Assembly (NCBI GenBank): GCA_012841015.1
Contig: DUVN01000006.1
Location: forward strand, 61,472 to 125,471
Length of the DNA: 64,000 bases
Direction: 5' to 3'
DNA from: Clostridiaceae bacterium
GTDB lineage: Bacteria; Bacillota; Clostridia; Saccharofermentanales; DTU023
Numbering within the stretch: the first letter of the stretch is position 1; each line of letters begins with the position of its first letter. Shown piece by piece: positions 1 through 9,026 of the stretch. Position numbers and translations under genes: made by a program. The notes under the pieces are model-generated. The model had not been told where the DNA came from. It saw nothing but the letters and a program-made list of their open reading frames with translations, and did not search any database.

Positions 1-35
1 CGAGAGAGAAGATTGCTGAAACGTATGGCCGGAAG

Positions 36-509
36 GTGACGAGGCTCGATCGCGTTAAGGAATGGAACGTTGGCGGTGTGCGTGATCGAATCATTCATGC
101 AAATCGCAAGTTAATGAACCTTATCCCGTCCTCACGCGGGTTATCGATACTTACTTACATTGTCATTTGGCTCCTCATTCTCGTCATCGTCGTGGCTATT
201 TTTGTTTCGATCAAAGGAAGGCGCGGAAGTTCAGATATGCAACAAGATTCGAAACCGAAAGTCTCAGCAGTTGAAAACAGCGAGCAGGTGAAAATCGATT
301 TTGAAATTGATGTGGAAGTGCGTGCAAGCAGTTTGCGTATCGTCGCGGCACCGAACAGTGATGAGCTTGTTGCAACAGTTCAGCGTGGAGAGCGCGTCGT
401 GCAGTTGACGCATCCGAAAGATGGATGGGTGATGGTCAGGACTTCTGATGAACGCGTAGGATATGTGCCGGAGGCTCTGTTGTTGTCTCCGGAGGAAGGA
501 GATCAATAA
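36..509 (+). CDS. Membrane-anchored SH3b-domain protein
   Basis: Hydrophobic TM (ILTYIVIWLLILVIVVAIFVSI), then an SH3b-like C-terminus (LRIVAAPNSDELVATVQRGERV...GWVMVRTSDERVGYVPEALL). The GTG at 36 overlaps a TGA (37-39) of a possible upstream frame. ATG 114 is an alternative start. Confidence 0.7.
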   Translation: MTRLDRVKEWNVGGVRDRIIHANRKLMNLIPSSRGLSILTYIVIWLLILVIVVAIFVSIKGRRGSSDMQQDSKPKVSAVENSEQVKIDFEIDVEVRASSLRIVAAPNSDELVATVQRGERVVQLTHPKDGWVMVRTSDERVGYVPEALLLSPEEGDQ

Positions 510-610
510 GTCTGTTAAGTCTTCTCTAACTCTTCAAAGCGCCTATTACTATCCAGATTGCTTTCACATTCAGCTCTCATAGCTCTCGTTTGAGTTGTTT
601 AAAATTAAAT

Positions 611-639
611 TTTACAAAACTTCAAGCCTGTTGTATGAT
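611..639 (+). promoter_or_regulatory. sigmaA-type promoter of the tRNA-Gly/tRNA-Arg pair
   Basis: TTTACA(611-616)-17 bp-TATGAT(634-639), 22 bp before tRNA-Gly. Confidence 0.6.
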
Positions 640-661
640 ATCTTAGGTTTCCGGAATTCTT

Positions 662-735
662 GCGGGTGTAGTTTAGTGGCAGAACATCAGCCTTCCAAGC
701 TGACCGTGAGAGTTCGATTCTCTTCACCCGCTCCA
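662..735 (+). tRNA. tRNA-Gly (anticodon TCC)
   Basis: GCGGGTG...CACCCGC acceptor stem, anticodon arm TCAGC-CTTCCAA-GCTGA, GTTCGATTC T-loop, encoded CCA. Confidence 0.97.
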
Positions 736-756
736 ACTATCCGGAAACTGTTTGAT

Positions 757-833
757 GGGCATATAGCTCAGTTGGATAGAGCAACAGCCTTCTAAGCTGT
801 CGGTCGTAGGTTCGAGTCCTACTATGCTCGCCA
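757..833 (+). tRNA. tRNA-Arg (anticodon TCT)
   Basis: GGGCATA...TATGCTC acceptor stem, ACAGC-CTTCTAA-GCTGT anticodon arm, GGTTCGAGTCC T-arm, encoded CCA. Confidence 0.97.
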
Positions 834-839
834 AGTTAG

Positions 840-872
840 GTGGACAGACACGTTTGTGCCGTCCACTTTTTT
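840..872 (+). terminator. Intrinsic terminator after the tRNAs
   Basis: GTGGAC(840-845)...GTCCAC(861-866) stem followed by TTTTTT. Confidence 0.75.
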
Positions 873-1066
873 CTTTACGATAGATATTTTAGATTCCGAG
901 ACTAATTGATTTCCCGATAGAAAAAGATTTCACCAAAAATCTGGATAATGCTTCCAGTGGTTGTATCTATTGGCTGCGAAGAATAGGACGTTGATGATAT
1001 CATTAGTTCCGTTGGGAAGAAAAGAGCATGATTGTTATTGAGGTGAATGTTGTTGGAGGTAAATAA

Positions 1067-1417
1067 ATGTTATTTATATGTTATCCCAAATGCTCAACGT
1101 GTAAGAAAGCCAAGAAATGGTTGGACGACCACAATGTAACGTACGAAGAGCGTCACATCGTGGAGAACAACCCCTCTTACAATGAGTTGAAGGAATGGTA
1201 TCAGAAGAGCGGACTTTCGTTGAGGAAGTTTTTCAATACGAGCGGTATGCTTTACAGGGAAATGAAGCTTAAGGACAAGCTTCCGACTATGAGTGAAGAA
1301 TCTCAATTAGAGCTCCTTGCCACAGATGGCATGCTCGTAAAGCGTCCACTTCTTATAAAGGACGATACCGTACTTGTAGGTTTCAAGGAAGCAGAGTGGA
1401 CCGTAAACTTGGGTTGA
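1067..1417 (+). CDS. ArsC/Spx/MgsR (YffB-like) family protein
   Basis: N-terminal CSTC (CxxC), FFNTSG..YR and MLVKRP motifs. GGAGG SD. Confidence 0.9.
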   Translation: MLFICYPKCSTCKKAKKWLDDHNVTYEERHIVENNPSYNELKEWYQKSGLSLRKFFNTSGMLYREMKLKDKLPTMSEESQLELLATDGMLVKRPLLIKDDTVLVGFKEAEWTVNLG

Positions 1418-1476
1418 TTTAGGAAGTTGATTTCTTTTGAAGAGTAATAGCAAAGATTCGAGTTGATGGCGTAAAC

Positions 1477-1800
1477 GTTCCTTGTGCAATTTTTCAACTT
1501 AAATCGAAAAACTGTGATATAGGGTTAGGCGACTAGCGATTTTAGGGGGCATCGTTGCAGGCTAATTGCCTTGCTCTGTGTATTGCTCTCTTCCCTGTGC
1601 AATTTTTCAACTTAATTTGAATAACTGTAATAGGGGGTTGGGTGACAGGTGCTTTTTAGGGTGTATAAGGGCCTGCCGAACAGTTCGCCCTGCACATCTT
1701 ACTGCTCTCTTTGCATTTTTTCTACATTAATTGAAAAACTGTAAAATGGAGTCAGCTTGGAGTTGGCGACCAGAGACTGTGGAATAAATGGGCCTGCATG
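1477..1800. repeat. Three degenerate tandem units, period 113-114 bp, each with a ~30-bp imperfect palindrome
   Basis: Cores start at 1485 (TGCAATTTTTCAACTTAAATCGAAAAACTGTG), 1598 (TGCAATTTTTCAACTTAATTTGAATAACTGTA) and 1712 (TGCATTTTTTCTACATTAATTGAAAAACTGTA). The flanks of units 1 and 2 also align. Confidence 0.8.
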
Positions 1801-1900
1801 CAGGTGTCGCAAGGATCAGATTAAGAAGAGAAATAATGTGTATATTTTGTGCGGTATAATTTTTTATCTACCTTTATTTATCTTGTCGGGAGATTCATTA

Positions 1901-2395
1901 ATGTTGGAAAACAAACGAGATTCTTTGAGTCTAATATACAAGCCATTAGACGAAAGAATGCATGAATTGGTCGTTAAGTTGACTGACGCATTTGTCGGCT
2001 TAAAGATTTCAGCTGGTTATTACAACGCCCACTATCATAAAGATGATGGTGGTGAATATCAGCGGGATGTTTACCCAATTCCGGTCATAGGTGTTCCTGG
2101 ATTGTGTGACATCGAACTTGATATTGACAATATTTGCGTTACAAGTAAGCTCACGAAAGATCAAATCGTAATATTTGATTGGAGTACGTTTGAAAACGAA
2201 TCTTTTGAGGTTTACGGTGTAGAAAATTTATTGAATGACTATGGGGATCATCATAGTGCCAACGCAATGAAGGATCTTGTCCTATCCAGTTCAGAGAGTG
2301 AGTTCTTTATTTCTTTTTCCTTCCCCATCAGTGCAAACGATGAACAGGTGGTTAATTTTTTGAGGCTTTTGCATAAGAACCGTTTTTACTATTAG
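1901..2395 (+). CDS. Hypothetical protein (DUF3201-like)
   Basis: In-frame ATG at 1901 with a GGGAGA SD, preferred over TTG 1757, which lies in the repeat. The YNAHYHKD..GEY..DVYPIPVI.V.GLCDIE...FEVYGVE pattern recalls DUF3201 proteins (from memory, unverified). Confidence 0.6.
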   Translation: MLENKRDSLSLIYKPLDERMHELVVKLTDAFVGLKISAGYYNAHYHKDDGGEYQRDVYPIPVIGVPGLCDIELDIDNICVTSKLTKDQIVIFDWSTFENESFEVYGVENLLNDYGDHHSANAMKDLVLSSSESEFFISFSFPISANDEQVVNFLRLLHKNRFYY

Positions 2396-2718
2396 TTCTC
2401 GCAAGAACTGCGTCCTAGGTAAGCTAATGTAAGACAAATGCTTCGCAAAAGCATTTCAAAAAATATATGTTTGCTGAAGAATGCGAAAACGATACTTACA
2501 TTGAAGCATGGAAGTGAATTAGTTGGTTTATGTAAAGGGGAGGGTCTTAGAACGTGAAAGTTTTAGAGACTGCTCTTTATTATGCGTTATGTATGTCACG
2601 TGTAAAGAGAATGTGTTTTAGCTTGCACAATGGCGCTCAAAGCTATTCGCCATGGTATGTTCAGCAAACTTGACGAGTTTTCTGTTACGTGTAAAAATCG
2701 TATAGGAAGGGAAGTTAT

Positions 2719-4695
2719 ATGGCTCAAGTTTACGATAATACAAGCATTTCACAGTTGAAGGGAGCCGATCGGGTACGGCTCCGGCCTAGCGTTATTTTCG
2801 GTTCTGACGACCTTCGCGGGGCACAGCAATCATTCTTTGAGATCCTCTCAAACTCGATCGACGAGGCGCGTGAAGGCCACGGCCATGTGATCACAGTGAC
2901 GCGGTTTGAGGATGATTCCATCGAAGTGATCGATCGCGGGAGAGGTATTCCGCTCGATTTCAACCCAAATGAAAAACGATACAATTGGGAGCTCGTCTAT
3001 TGTGAGCTGTATGCCGGTGGGAAATACAAGACGAATCTCGGAGAGAATTACGAGTATAGTCTCGGATTAAACGGACTAGGCGCATGTGCGACACAGTATG
3101 CGTCGAAGTGGTTTGACGTCACGGTTACGCGTGACGGGTTTCAGTATGAGCTCCACTTTGAAAAGGGTGTCAACATCGGTGGTCTCAAGAAGACGCCGAT
3201 CAATTCGAAGAAAACGGGGACGATCCAGCGGTGGATGCCTGACGATGAGGTTTTTACCGATATTTTGATCCCAGCCGAATATTTCCGCACGACGTTGAAG
3301 CAGCAGGCCGTCGTCAACAAAGGAGTGACATTCGAATTCATTGACGAAAAGGATGGAACGAAAGAAGAATTCTGTTACCCGGAGGGCATCCTTGGTATGG
3401 TCAGGGAAATGAATATTGACGGCCTGACGCAGCCGATCTTGTTCAGTGGCGAGGGTGTCGGGCGCGATCGCAAAGATCGCGAAGATTACACGGTGAAATG
3501 CGATGTTGCCTTTACATTTAATAACCATCACGCTGAGATCTTCTACTACCACAACTCTTCTTGGCTCGAATACGGAGGCTCTCCTGACCGGGCAGTCAGA
3601 TCAGCATTTGTCTCTGCTTTCGATGCGTTTCTAAAAGAAGAGGGGAAATATCGTGCGAATGAGGCCAAGATAACGTTCGGCGATATTGAGGAGAGTCTCC
3701 TCTTAATGTCGAGCTCTTTTTCGACGTTGACGAGTTACGAGAACCAGACAAAGCGTTCGATCAATAACCGCTTCATTCAACGCTTTATGACAGATATGAT
3801 TCGTGAGAATTTGACCGTTTGGTTTATTGAGCACCGTGAAGATGCTCTGCGTGCAGCTGACCAAGTCCTTCTCAATCGTAGGAGCCGTGAAAAAGCTGAA
3901 AAGACACGCCTTACGGTGAAGCGCGACTTGATGCAAGAGATCGATATGTCGAATCGAGTGCGCTTATTCGTCGATTGTCGCTCACAGGATGTGAATGAGC
4001 GTGAACTCTACATTGTAGAAGGGAATTCTGCGCTCGGTTCTGTCAAAATGGCACGTAACGCTGATTTTCAGGCAGTGATTCCTGTCAGGGGAAAGATTTT
4101 GAACTGTCTGAAGGCTGATTACAATGCAATTTTTAAGAATGATATTATCATGGATCTGATTAAAATCTTAGGGTGTGGCGTGGAACTGCCGAAGAAGTTT
4201 AGTAAGGCAGCAGCTCCTTTCGACATCAAGCGTTTGCGCTGGAATAAAGTGGTAATCTGCACGGACGGTGATGTCGACGGTTTTCAGATTCGGACATTGA
4301 TCTTGGCGATGTTTTATAAACTTACGCCGGAGCTCATTCGTCAGGGCAAGATTTATATCGCAGAGTCACCGCTCTACGAGATTGGCCATCGCACAAAGCG
4401 TCTCGAGCGGACGTATTTTGCGTATTCTGATCAGGAGAAAAATGAGATCATTGCATCGCTCGGAGAAGGTAGCGTTCACGTACAGCGTTCAAAAGGACTC
4501 GGTGAAAATGAACCTGAGATGATGTGGAACACGACGATGAACCCCGAGACGAGGAGGATGATCGCTGTCATGCCTGAATCGGAGGACGTGATGAGCAGCA
4601 CGTTCAACCTCCTGCTAGGCGACGACGTTCCTGGACGGCGTGCCTATATTGAAGAGTCGGGGCATCTTTATATGGATATGTTAGATGTCGGCTAA
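2719..4695 (+). CDS. parE: Type IIA topoisomerase B subunit (ParE/GyrB family, topo IV-like)
   Basis: GHKL motifs (EILSNSIDE, DRGRGIP, GLNGLG), TOPRIM EGNSA, PVRGKILN, DGDVDG and RSKGLGE. Confidence 0.88.
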   Translation: MAQVYDNTSISQLKGADRVRLRPSVIFGSDDLRGAQQSFFEILSNSIDEAREGHGHVITVTRFEDDSIEVIDRGRGIPLDFNPNEKRYNWELVYCELYAGGKYKTNLGENYEYSLGLNGLGACATQYASKWFDVTVTRDGFQYELHFEKGVNIGGLKKTPINSKKTGTIQRWMPDDEVFTDILIPAEYFRTTLKQQAVVNKGVTFEFIDEKDGTKEEFCYPEGILGMVREMNIDGLTQPILFSGEGVGRDRKDREDYTVKCDVAFTFNNHHAEIFYYHNSSWLEYGGSPDRAVRSAFVSAFDAFLKEEGKYRANEAKITFGDIEESLLLMSSSFSTLTSYENQTKRSINNRFIQRFMTDMIRENLTVWFIEHREDALRAADQVLLNRRSREKAEKTRLTVKRDLMQEIDMSNRVRLFVDCRSQDVNERELYIVEGNSALGSVKMARNADFQAVIPVRGKILNCLKADYNAIFKNDIIMDLIKILGCGVELPKKFSKAAAPFDIKRLRWNKVVICTDGDVDGFQIRTLILAMFYKLTPELIRQGKIYIAESPLYEIGHRTKRLERTYFAYSDQEKNEIIASLGEGSVHVQRSKGLGENEPEMMWNTTMNPETRRMIAVMPESEDVMSSTFNLLLGDDVPGRRAYIEESGHLYMDMLDVG

Positions 4696-4867
4696 ATAAG
4701 AGATACGATGATTACTCTCTAACCTTCGAGGTATATTTTTCGATTGACATGTATTTGAGCATGAATTTACCTGCTTGCCCGTGACAGGCTACGGCAAGAA
4801 CGCTGTTTTACAGCAGAGGAGACCTCGGTTTCGGCCGCGATGTGGATAAAAAGGAGCAAACGAGCTG

Positions 4868-7117
4868 ATGACAACTAGAAAGCTTGAAGATCTTGAAGAT
4901 AAAGAGAAAGATGTAAGCGGTATTGCTATCGAACAACCTATTTCCGAGACACTGTACGAGAATTTTATGCCGTACGCGATGAGTGTCATCGTTTCGCGTG
5001 CGATCCCCGAGATCGACGGTTTTAAGCCGGCTCACAGAAAGCTTTTGTACACGATGTATCTTATGAATTTAATGTCAGGGTCTCGTGCTAAATCGGCAGA
5101 TGTTGTGGGACAGACGATGAAGCTGAATCCTCACGGCGATCAGACGATCTATGAGACGATGGTTCGCTTGACGAGAGGCAATAATACGCTTTTACACCCT
5201 TGGATCGATTCGAAGGGTAATTTTGGCGATGTGACTTCGCGCGACATGCAGTACGCTGCCTCGCGCTATACCGAAGTGAGATTGGAGCCTTCGTGCGAGA
5301 CACTCTTCAGTGGATTGTCGAAGAATGCAGTTGACTTTGTCGATAACTATTCGGGGACGATGAAGGAGCCTGTCTTATTACCTGCGATGTTTCCGACGAT
5401 TCTCGTTAATAACAATCAAGGAATTGCTGTAGGCATGGCGAGCAATATCTGTTCTTTCAATTTGAAGGAAATCTGCGATACGACGATCGCCCTGATTAGA
5501 GATCCAAATGTCGATCTCCTCGAGACATTACCTGCCCCCGACTTTTCGACGAGTGGTTATCTCATCTACGATGCCGATGAAATGCGCGAGATCTATAAGA
5601 CTGGACGCGGTTCGTTTCAGCTGCGCGGTGCTGCTGATATTAACCGTAAGGAGAGATGTATTGAAATTCGCGAGATCCCTTATACGACGACGATTGAGGC
5701 GATCATCGACGATATCACTGATGCTGTCAAGAAGAATAAGCTCAGAGACGTTGTCAATGTCCGCGATGAGACCGACTTGAATGGGCTCTGCATCAGCGTG
5801 GAGTATAAATCGTCGGCCGATCCTGATATACTTCTGCATCAACTATTTGCTCAGACATCACTCCAGAGTTCTTTTTCCTGCAACTTCAACGTGCTCATCG
5901 ACAATCGCCCAAAGTTGCTAGGCGTGCGTGAGATCTTGCATGAATGGATCGAGTGGCGTAGTGAGTGTATCAGGCGAGAGGCGACATATGATATTGGCAA
6001 GAAAGAGGAACGCCTGCACCTCCTGCGTGGCCTTGAGAGAATCCTCCTCGATATTGACAAGGCGATCGCTGTCATCCGTCTGACTGAGACGGAAAAGGAT
6101 GTCATACCTCGTTTGATGGATGCGTTCGACATAGATGAATTGCAGGCCGAATATGTCGCAGAGATCAAGCTCCGTCACTTGAACCGCGAATACATTTTGA
6201 AGCGTATTCGCGACATTGAGACGTTGGAACGTGAGATTGCGGAGTTAGAGCGACTTGTTAGAGGGAAAGGACGTGTACGAGAGAAGATCGTCCGCCAACT
6301 CAAGGATATAGCAAAAAAATACGGCCGTGAGCGAAAGACACGTTTGATCGCGCCTGAAGAGATCGACGTTCCTGAAGAGGAGGAGCTCATCCCTGAATAC
6401 AATACGCGGCTCTTTTTGTCTGAACAGGGTTATGTGAAGAAGATCGCTCTTACATCGCTACGTGGTAATTTCGAGATTCGTGTTAAGGAAGACGATCACA
6501 TCATACAAGAAGTCGATTCTACGAATCGAGAGGAGATATTATTCTTTACTGACAAGGCACAAGTCTACAAATTGATGGCATGGGAGATGGAGGATTTCAG
6601 ACCGTCTCAGCTCGGTGATTATACGCCGAATCTTCTCGATTTAGACGATGGAGAGCGCGTTATCTTCATCCATTCGACGACAGAACCTTTCAGAGGCGAA
6701 TTCCTTTTCGTGTTTGAAAATGGTAAAGGTGTGCGTGTTGATACGTCGCACTACGAGACGAAGCAACGACGTCGAAAGCTCGTCAATGCATACGATGCGT
6801 CATCGCCTATCGTCGGGATACGTTATCTACCTGAAGGCAAGAACTCTTCATTTGCTGTGCGTTCGAGGAAAAACAAACTCCTCTACTTTGAGTCAAGTTT
6901 GGTCGTCAAAAAAGCAACGAGGACGGCACAGGGGGCAGCGATTCTCCGCACGAGAAACCAAAATGACACCATCGTAAAGTTGTACTCCGAGGAGGAGCTG
7001 TCATTCGTGCGCGATCTCAATTACTATAAGATTGCAAAAATACCGACAGCCGGTCGCTACATCCGTGAAGAGTCGTTAGAGGAGCGCCAGATCTCACTAG
7101 ATGAATCAGTCCTATGA
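4868..7117 (+). CDS. parC: Type IIA topoisomerase A subunit (ParC-like)
   Basis: RAIPEIDGFKPAHRK, PHGD, catalytic AASRYTE, GIAVGMA. The CTD lacks a canonical GyrA-box (QxRGGKG). Confidence 0.88.
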   Translation: MTTRKLEDLEDKEKDVSGIAIEQPISETLYENFMPYAMSVIVSRAIPEIDGFKPAHRKLLYTMYLMNLMSGSRAKSADVVGQTMKLNPHGDQTIYETMVRLTRGNNTLLHPWIDSKGNFGDVTSRDMQYAASRYTEVRLEPSCETLFSGLSKNAVDFVDNYSGTMKEPVLLPAMFPTILVNNNQGIAVGMASNICSFNLKEICDTTIALIRDPNVDLLETLPAPDFSTSGYLIYDADEMREIYKTGRGSFQLRGAADINRKERCIEIREIPYTTTIEAIIDDITDAVKKNKLRDVVNVRDETDLNGLCISVEYKSSADPDILLHQLFAQTSLQSSFSCNFNVLIDNRPKLLGVREILHEWIEWRSECIRREATYDIGKKEERLHLLRGLERILLDIDKAIAVIRLTETEKDVIPRLMDAFDIDELQAEYVAEIKLRHLNREYILKRIRDIETLEREIAELERLVRGKGRVREKIVRQLKDIAKKYGRERKTRLIAPEEIDVPEEEELIPEYNTRLFLSEQGYVKKIALTSLRGNFEIRVKEDDHIIQEVDSTNREEILFFTDKAQVYKLMAWEMEDFRPSQLGDYTPNLLDLDDGERVIFIHSTTEPFRGEFLFVFENGKGVRVDTSHYETKQRRRKLVNAYDASSPIVGIRYLPEGKNSSFAVRSRKNKLLYFESSLVVKKATRTAQGAAILRTRNQNDTIVKLYSEEELSFVRDLNYYKIAKIPTAGRYIREESLEERQISLDESVL

Positions 7118-8997
7118 ATATGCCCTTTGTTGAACCCATCAAAAAGAGAAGATTGCCGCGCCATTTTGTCATCTATCTGCTCGTCGCAATCGTTGTTCTT
7201 TTGCTTATGACCTTTATCATCGTAAGAGCGACACGTCCTTCGTTGCCATTTCATCTTTCAGACTATGAAGAATCTTTGCGCAAAGGTGACTATACACGCG
7301 TATACGAGATTTACAACAGCACGCGATTGAAGCGATCAGAGCTCAGTGGCCGTTTGTCAAGCAAGACGACACAAAAGCTTATCAAGGAAGCCGATGCGCT
7401 GATTGAACGCATTGAGTCTGATACAATGAAGCGCTCTCTGGAGCTTCTCGCACGTGCATTTGATGGGACGGCGCTGTCCGATGAAGACATCGCACGCATC
7501 GAACTTGACGCTTCAATAGCCGGCGCGACGATGACGAGCTTCATTGAAGAGAAGACGCACTTCTACCTTTCTGAAGAGATAGAAGAGAATGTCTACCTGT
7601 CGTTTATGGAGCAGATGGCGCGTGTACCTATTTTTTCGCATGAGTACAGCCAAGTGATTGAAAAATCTGAGGTGCTCCAAAAGGTCAGAGAGAAGCTTGA
7701 AAGCGCGAATAAGGCGGCACGTGAAGGTATATACCATAGCGAGGCAGAGAGTATTCGGAGACTTCTAGCATCATCGGAAGTCGCAGGATTCGATCATGTG
7801 GTGATGTACCTTGAACAAAGAATGGCAAAGGCACGTCAATCTTTCTATGAAGAGCAGATGCCCTACATTCGCTCAGATGTTGAACATAATAGGACGTACG
7901 ATGCGCAACTCAAGATCAAAAGAATGAGTGGTTGGTTTCCTGACGATGAGTTGCTGAATAAGTATGAGTCTATCTGTCGAGAGAGAACTCCCGAAAATAT
8001 ACGCAATTGGAATGGTCCTGTTGAGCACATCGCTATTAAACCACTTATTGCTGATAGTGATCGAGCGTTTGACAACGATCGGTATGCGGAGGCGGCCGAT
8101 CGCGATCTTCTTCTCGTCGTTGAGTTTCAACGCATTTTAGAGAAATTGTATGAGCGCAATTACGTTCTTGTCGATGGGAGATCGTTTGTCTCGAACGAAG
8201 GTATCGCAATAGCTGTTCCGTGTCCAGAGGGTAAAAAGCCTCTATGCCTCGTGCTCGACGATTTTTTCTCGTCTGAAGCGAGAGTTGAGAGTGGTATTGC
8301 TTCACGTCTTGACCTCGACGAAGATGGTCGTATTGTCGGCGTTGTACGCGATCGTAACGGTACAGAGCGAATGGATAGACTCTTTTCTGCGATCGGTGTT
8401 GTCGAAGAGTTTATCGATAGTCATCCTGATTTTTCATTTAACGGCGCGACGGGGACGATATCGGTCGTCGCCATGAATGGTCTGTTCGGATATCCCTTGA
8501 CTGATGCTCAGGATCAACACTGGCGCGATGATGCAAGCGCGTACGGGTTTAACACACTAAAGGCGATTGAGACAAATCTCGATGCGAACAATAAAAAAGT
8601 AAAAGCTCTCCTTTCCGCGCTTGAATTACGCAACTGGAGGATTGCAAACGGGTCGTATTCACGCCTCGCGATGGATCGTGCGTCGTTACAGTCGATCTCT
8701 GAAGATATCTCAAAGATCGAGGAGTTCGTCGAGCCTGTGACTGGGAAGTTGACCATACTTCACTATCCGTATGGGATACATGTGGAATTCGACAAGAAGA
8801 AGACTGCTCTTCTGGCTGAGCACGGTTATTCTGTGTTGAGCGGATATGGTACATCGATTTATAGCCACCAAGAGAGGGGGTATGTCTACGTTTCGAAAAC
8901 GCTCCTCTCAGGTCAAGCTCTTCGCCGACCGCGCGAACACGGCATCAATCGGTTCTTAAAAGGTGCAGATATTCTTGATCATGCTAACAGGCCGTAG
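7114..8997 (+). CDS. Membrane-anchored polysaccharide-deacetylase-like (CE4/NodB-fold) protein, probably catalytically degenerate
   Basis: N-terminal TM and a helical region, then PVEHI...EFQRILEKLYERNYVLVD...GKKPLCLVLDD...YPYG, typical of clostridial CE4-like proteins. The metal-binding HxxxH is absent. Confidence 0.6.
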   Translation: MNMPFVEPIKKRRLPRHFVIYLLVAIVVLLLMTFIIVRATRPSLPFHLSDYEESLRKGDYTRVYEIYNSTRLKRSELSGRLSSKTTQKLIKEADALIERIESDTMKRSLELLARAFDGTALSDEDIARIELDASIAGATMTSFIEEKTHFYLSEEIEENVYLSFMEQMARVPIFSHEYSQVIEKSEVLQKVREKLESANKAAREGIYHSEAESIRRLLASSEVAGFDHVVMYLEQRMAKARQSFYEEQMPYIRSDVEHNRTYDAQLKIKRMSGWFPDDELLNKYESICRERTPENIRNWNGPVEHIAIKPLIADSDRAFDNDRYAEAADRDLLLVVEFQRILEKLYERNYVLVDGRSFVSNEGIAIAVPCPEGKKPLCLVLDDFFSSEARVESGIASRLDLDEDGRIVGVVRDRNGTERMDRLFSAIGVVEEFIDSHPDFSFNGATGTISVVAMNGLFGYPLTDAQDQHWRDDASAYGFNTLKAIETNLDANNKKVKALLSALELRNWRIANGSYSRLAMDRASLQSISEDISKIEEFVEPVTGKLTILHYPYGIHVEFDKKKTALLAEHGYSVLSGYGTSIYSHQERGYVYVSKTLLSGQALRRPREHGINRFLKGADILDHANRP

Positions 8998-9026
8998 GTG
9001 ATCGTTCATTTACCCAACGTTTATCG

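Noticed and set aside
595-795. 66-aa ORF over the tRNA-Gly/Arg genes
   Set aside because: Translation of tRNA and promoter sequence; not coding.
1477-1800. CRISPR array interpretation of the 113-bp repeats
   Set aside because: Repeats are degenerate, the intervals are ~83 bp and homologous to each other, and there are no cas genes in the window.
1757-1900. N-terminal extension of the 1757..2395 ORF
   Set aside because: It starts inside the repeat without an SD; ATG 1901 has an SD.
2642-2652. GCTATTCGCCA as an attR copy of the tRNA-Arg 3' end (CTATGCTCGCCA)
   Set aside because: The match is too short and gapped, and there is no integrase.
2719-7117. Calling the topoisomerase pair DNA gyrase (gyrB/gyrA)
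   Set aside because: No GyrA-box in the CTD, divergent sequence and no dnaA-recF context; topo IV-like is better supported.
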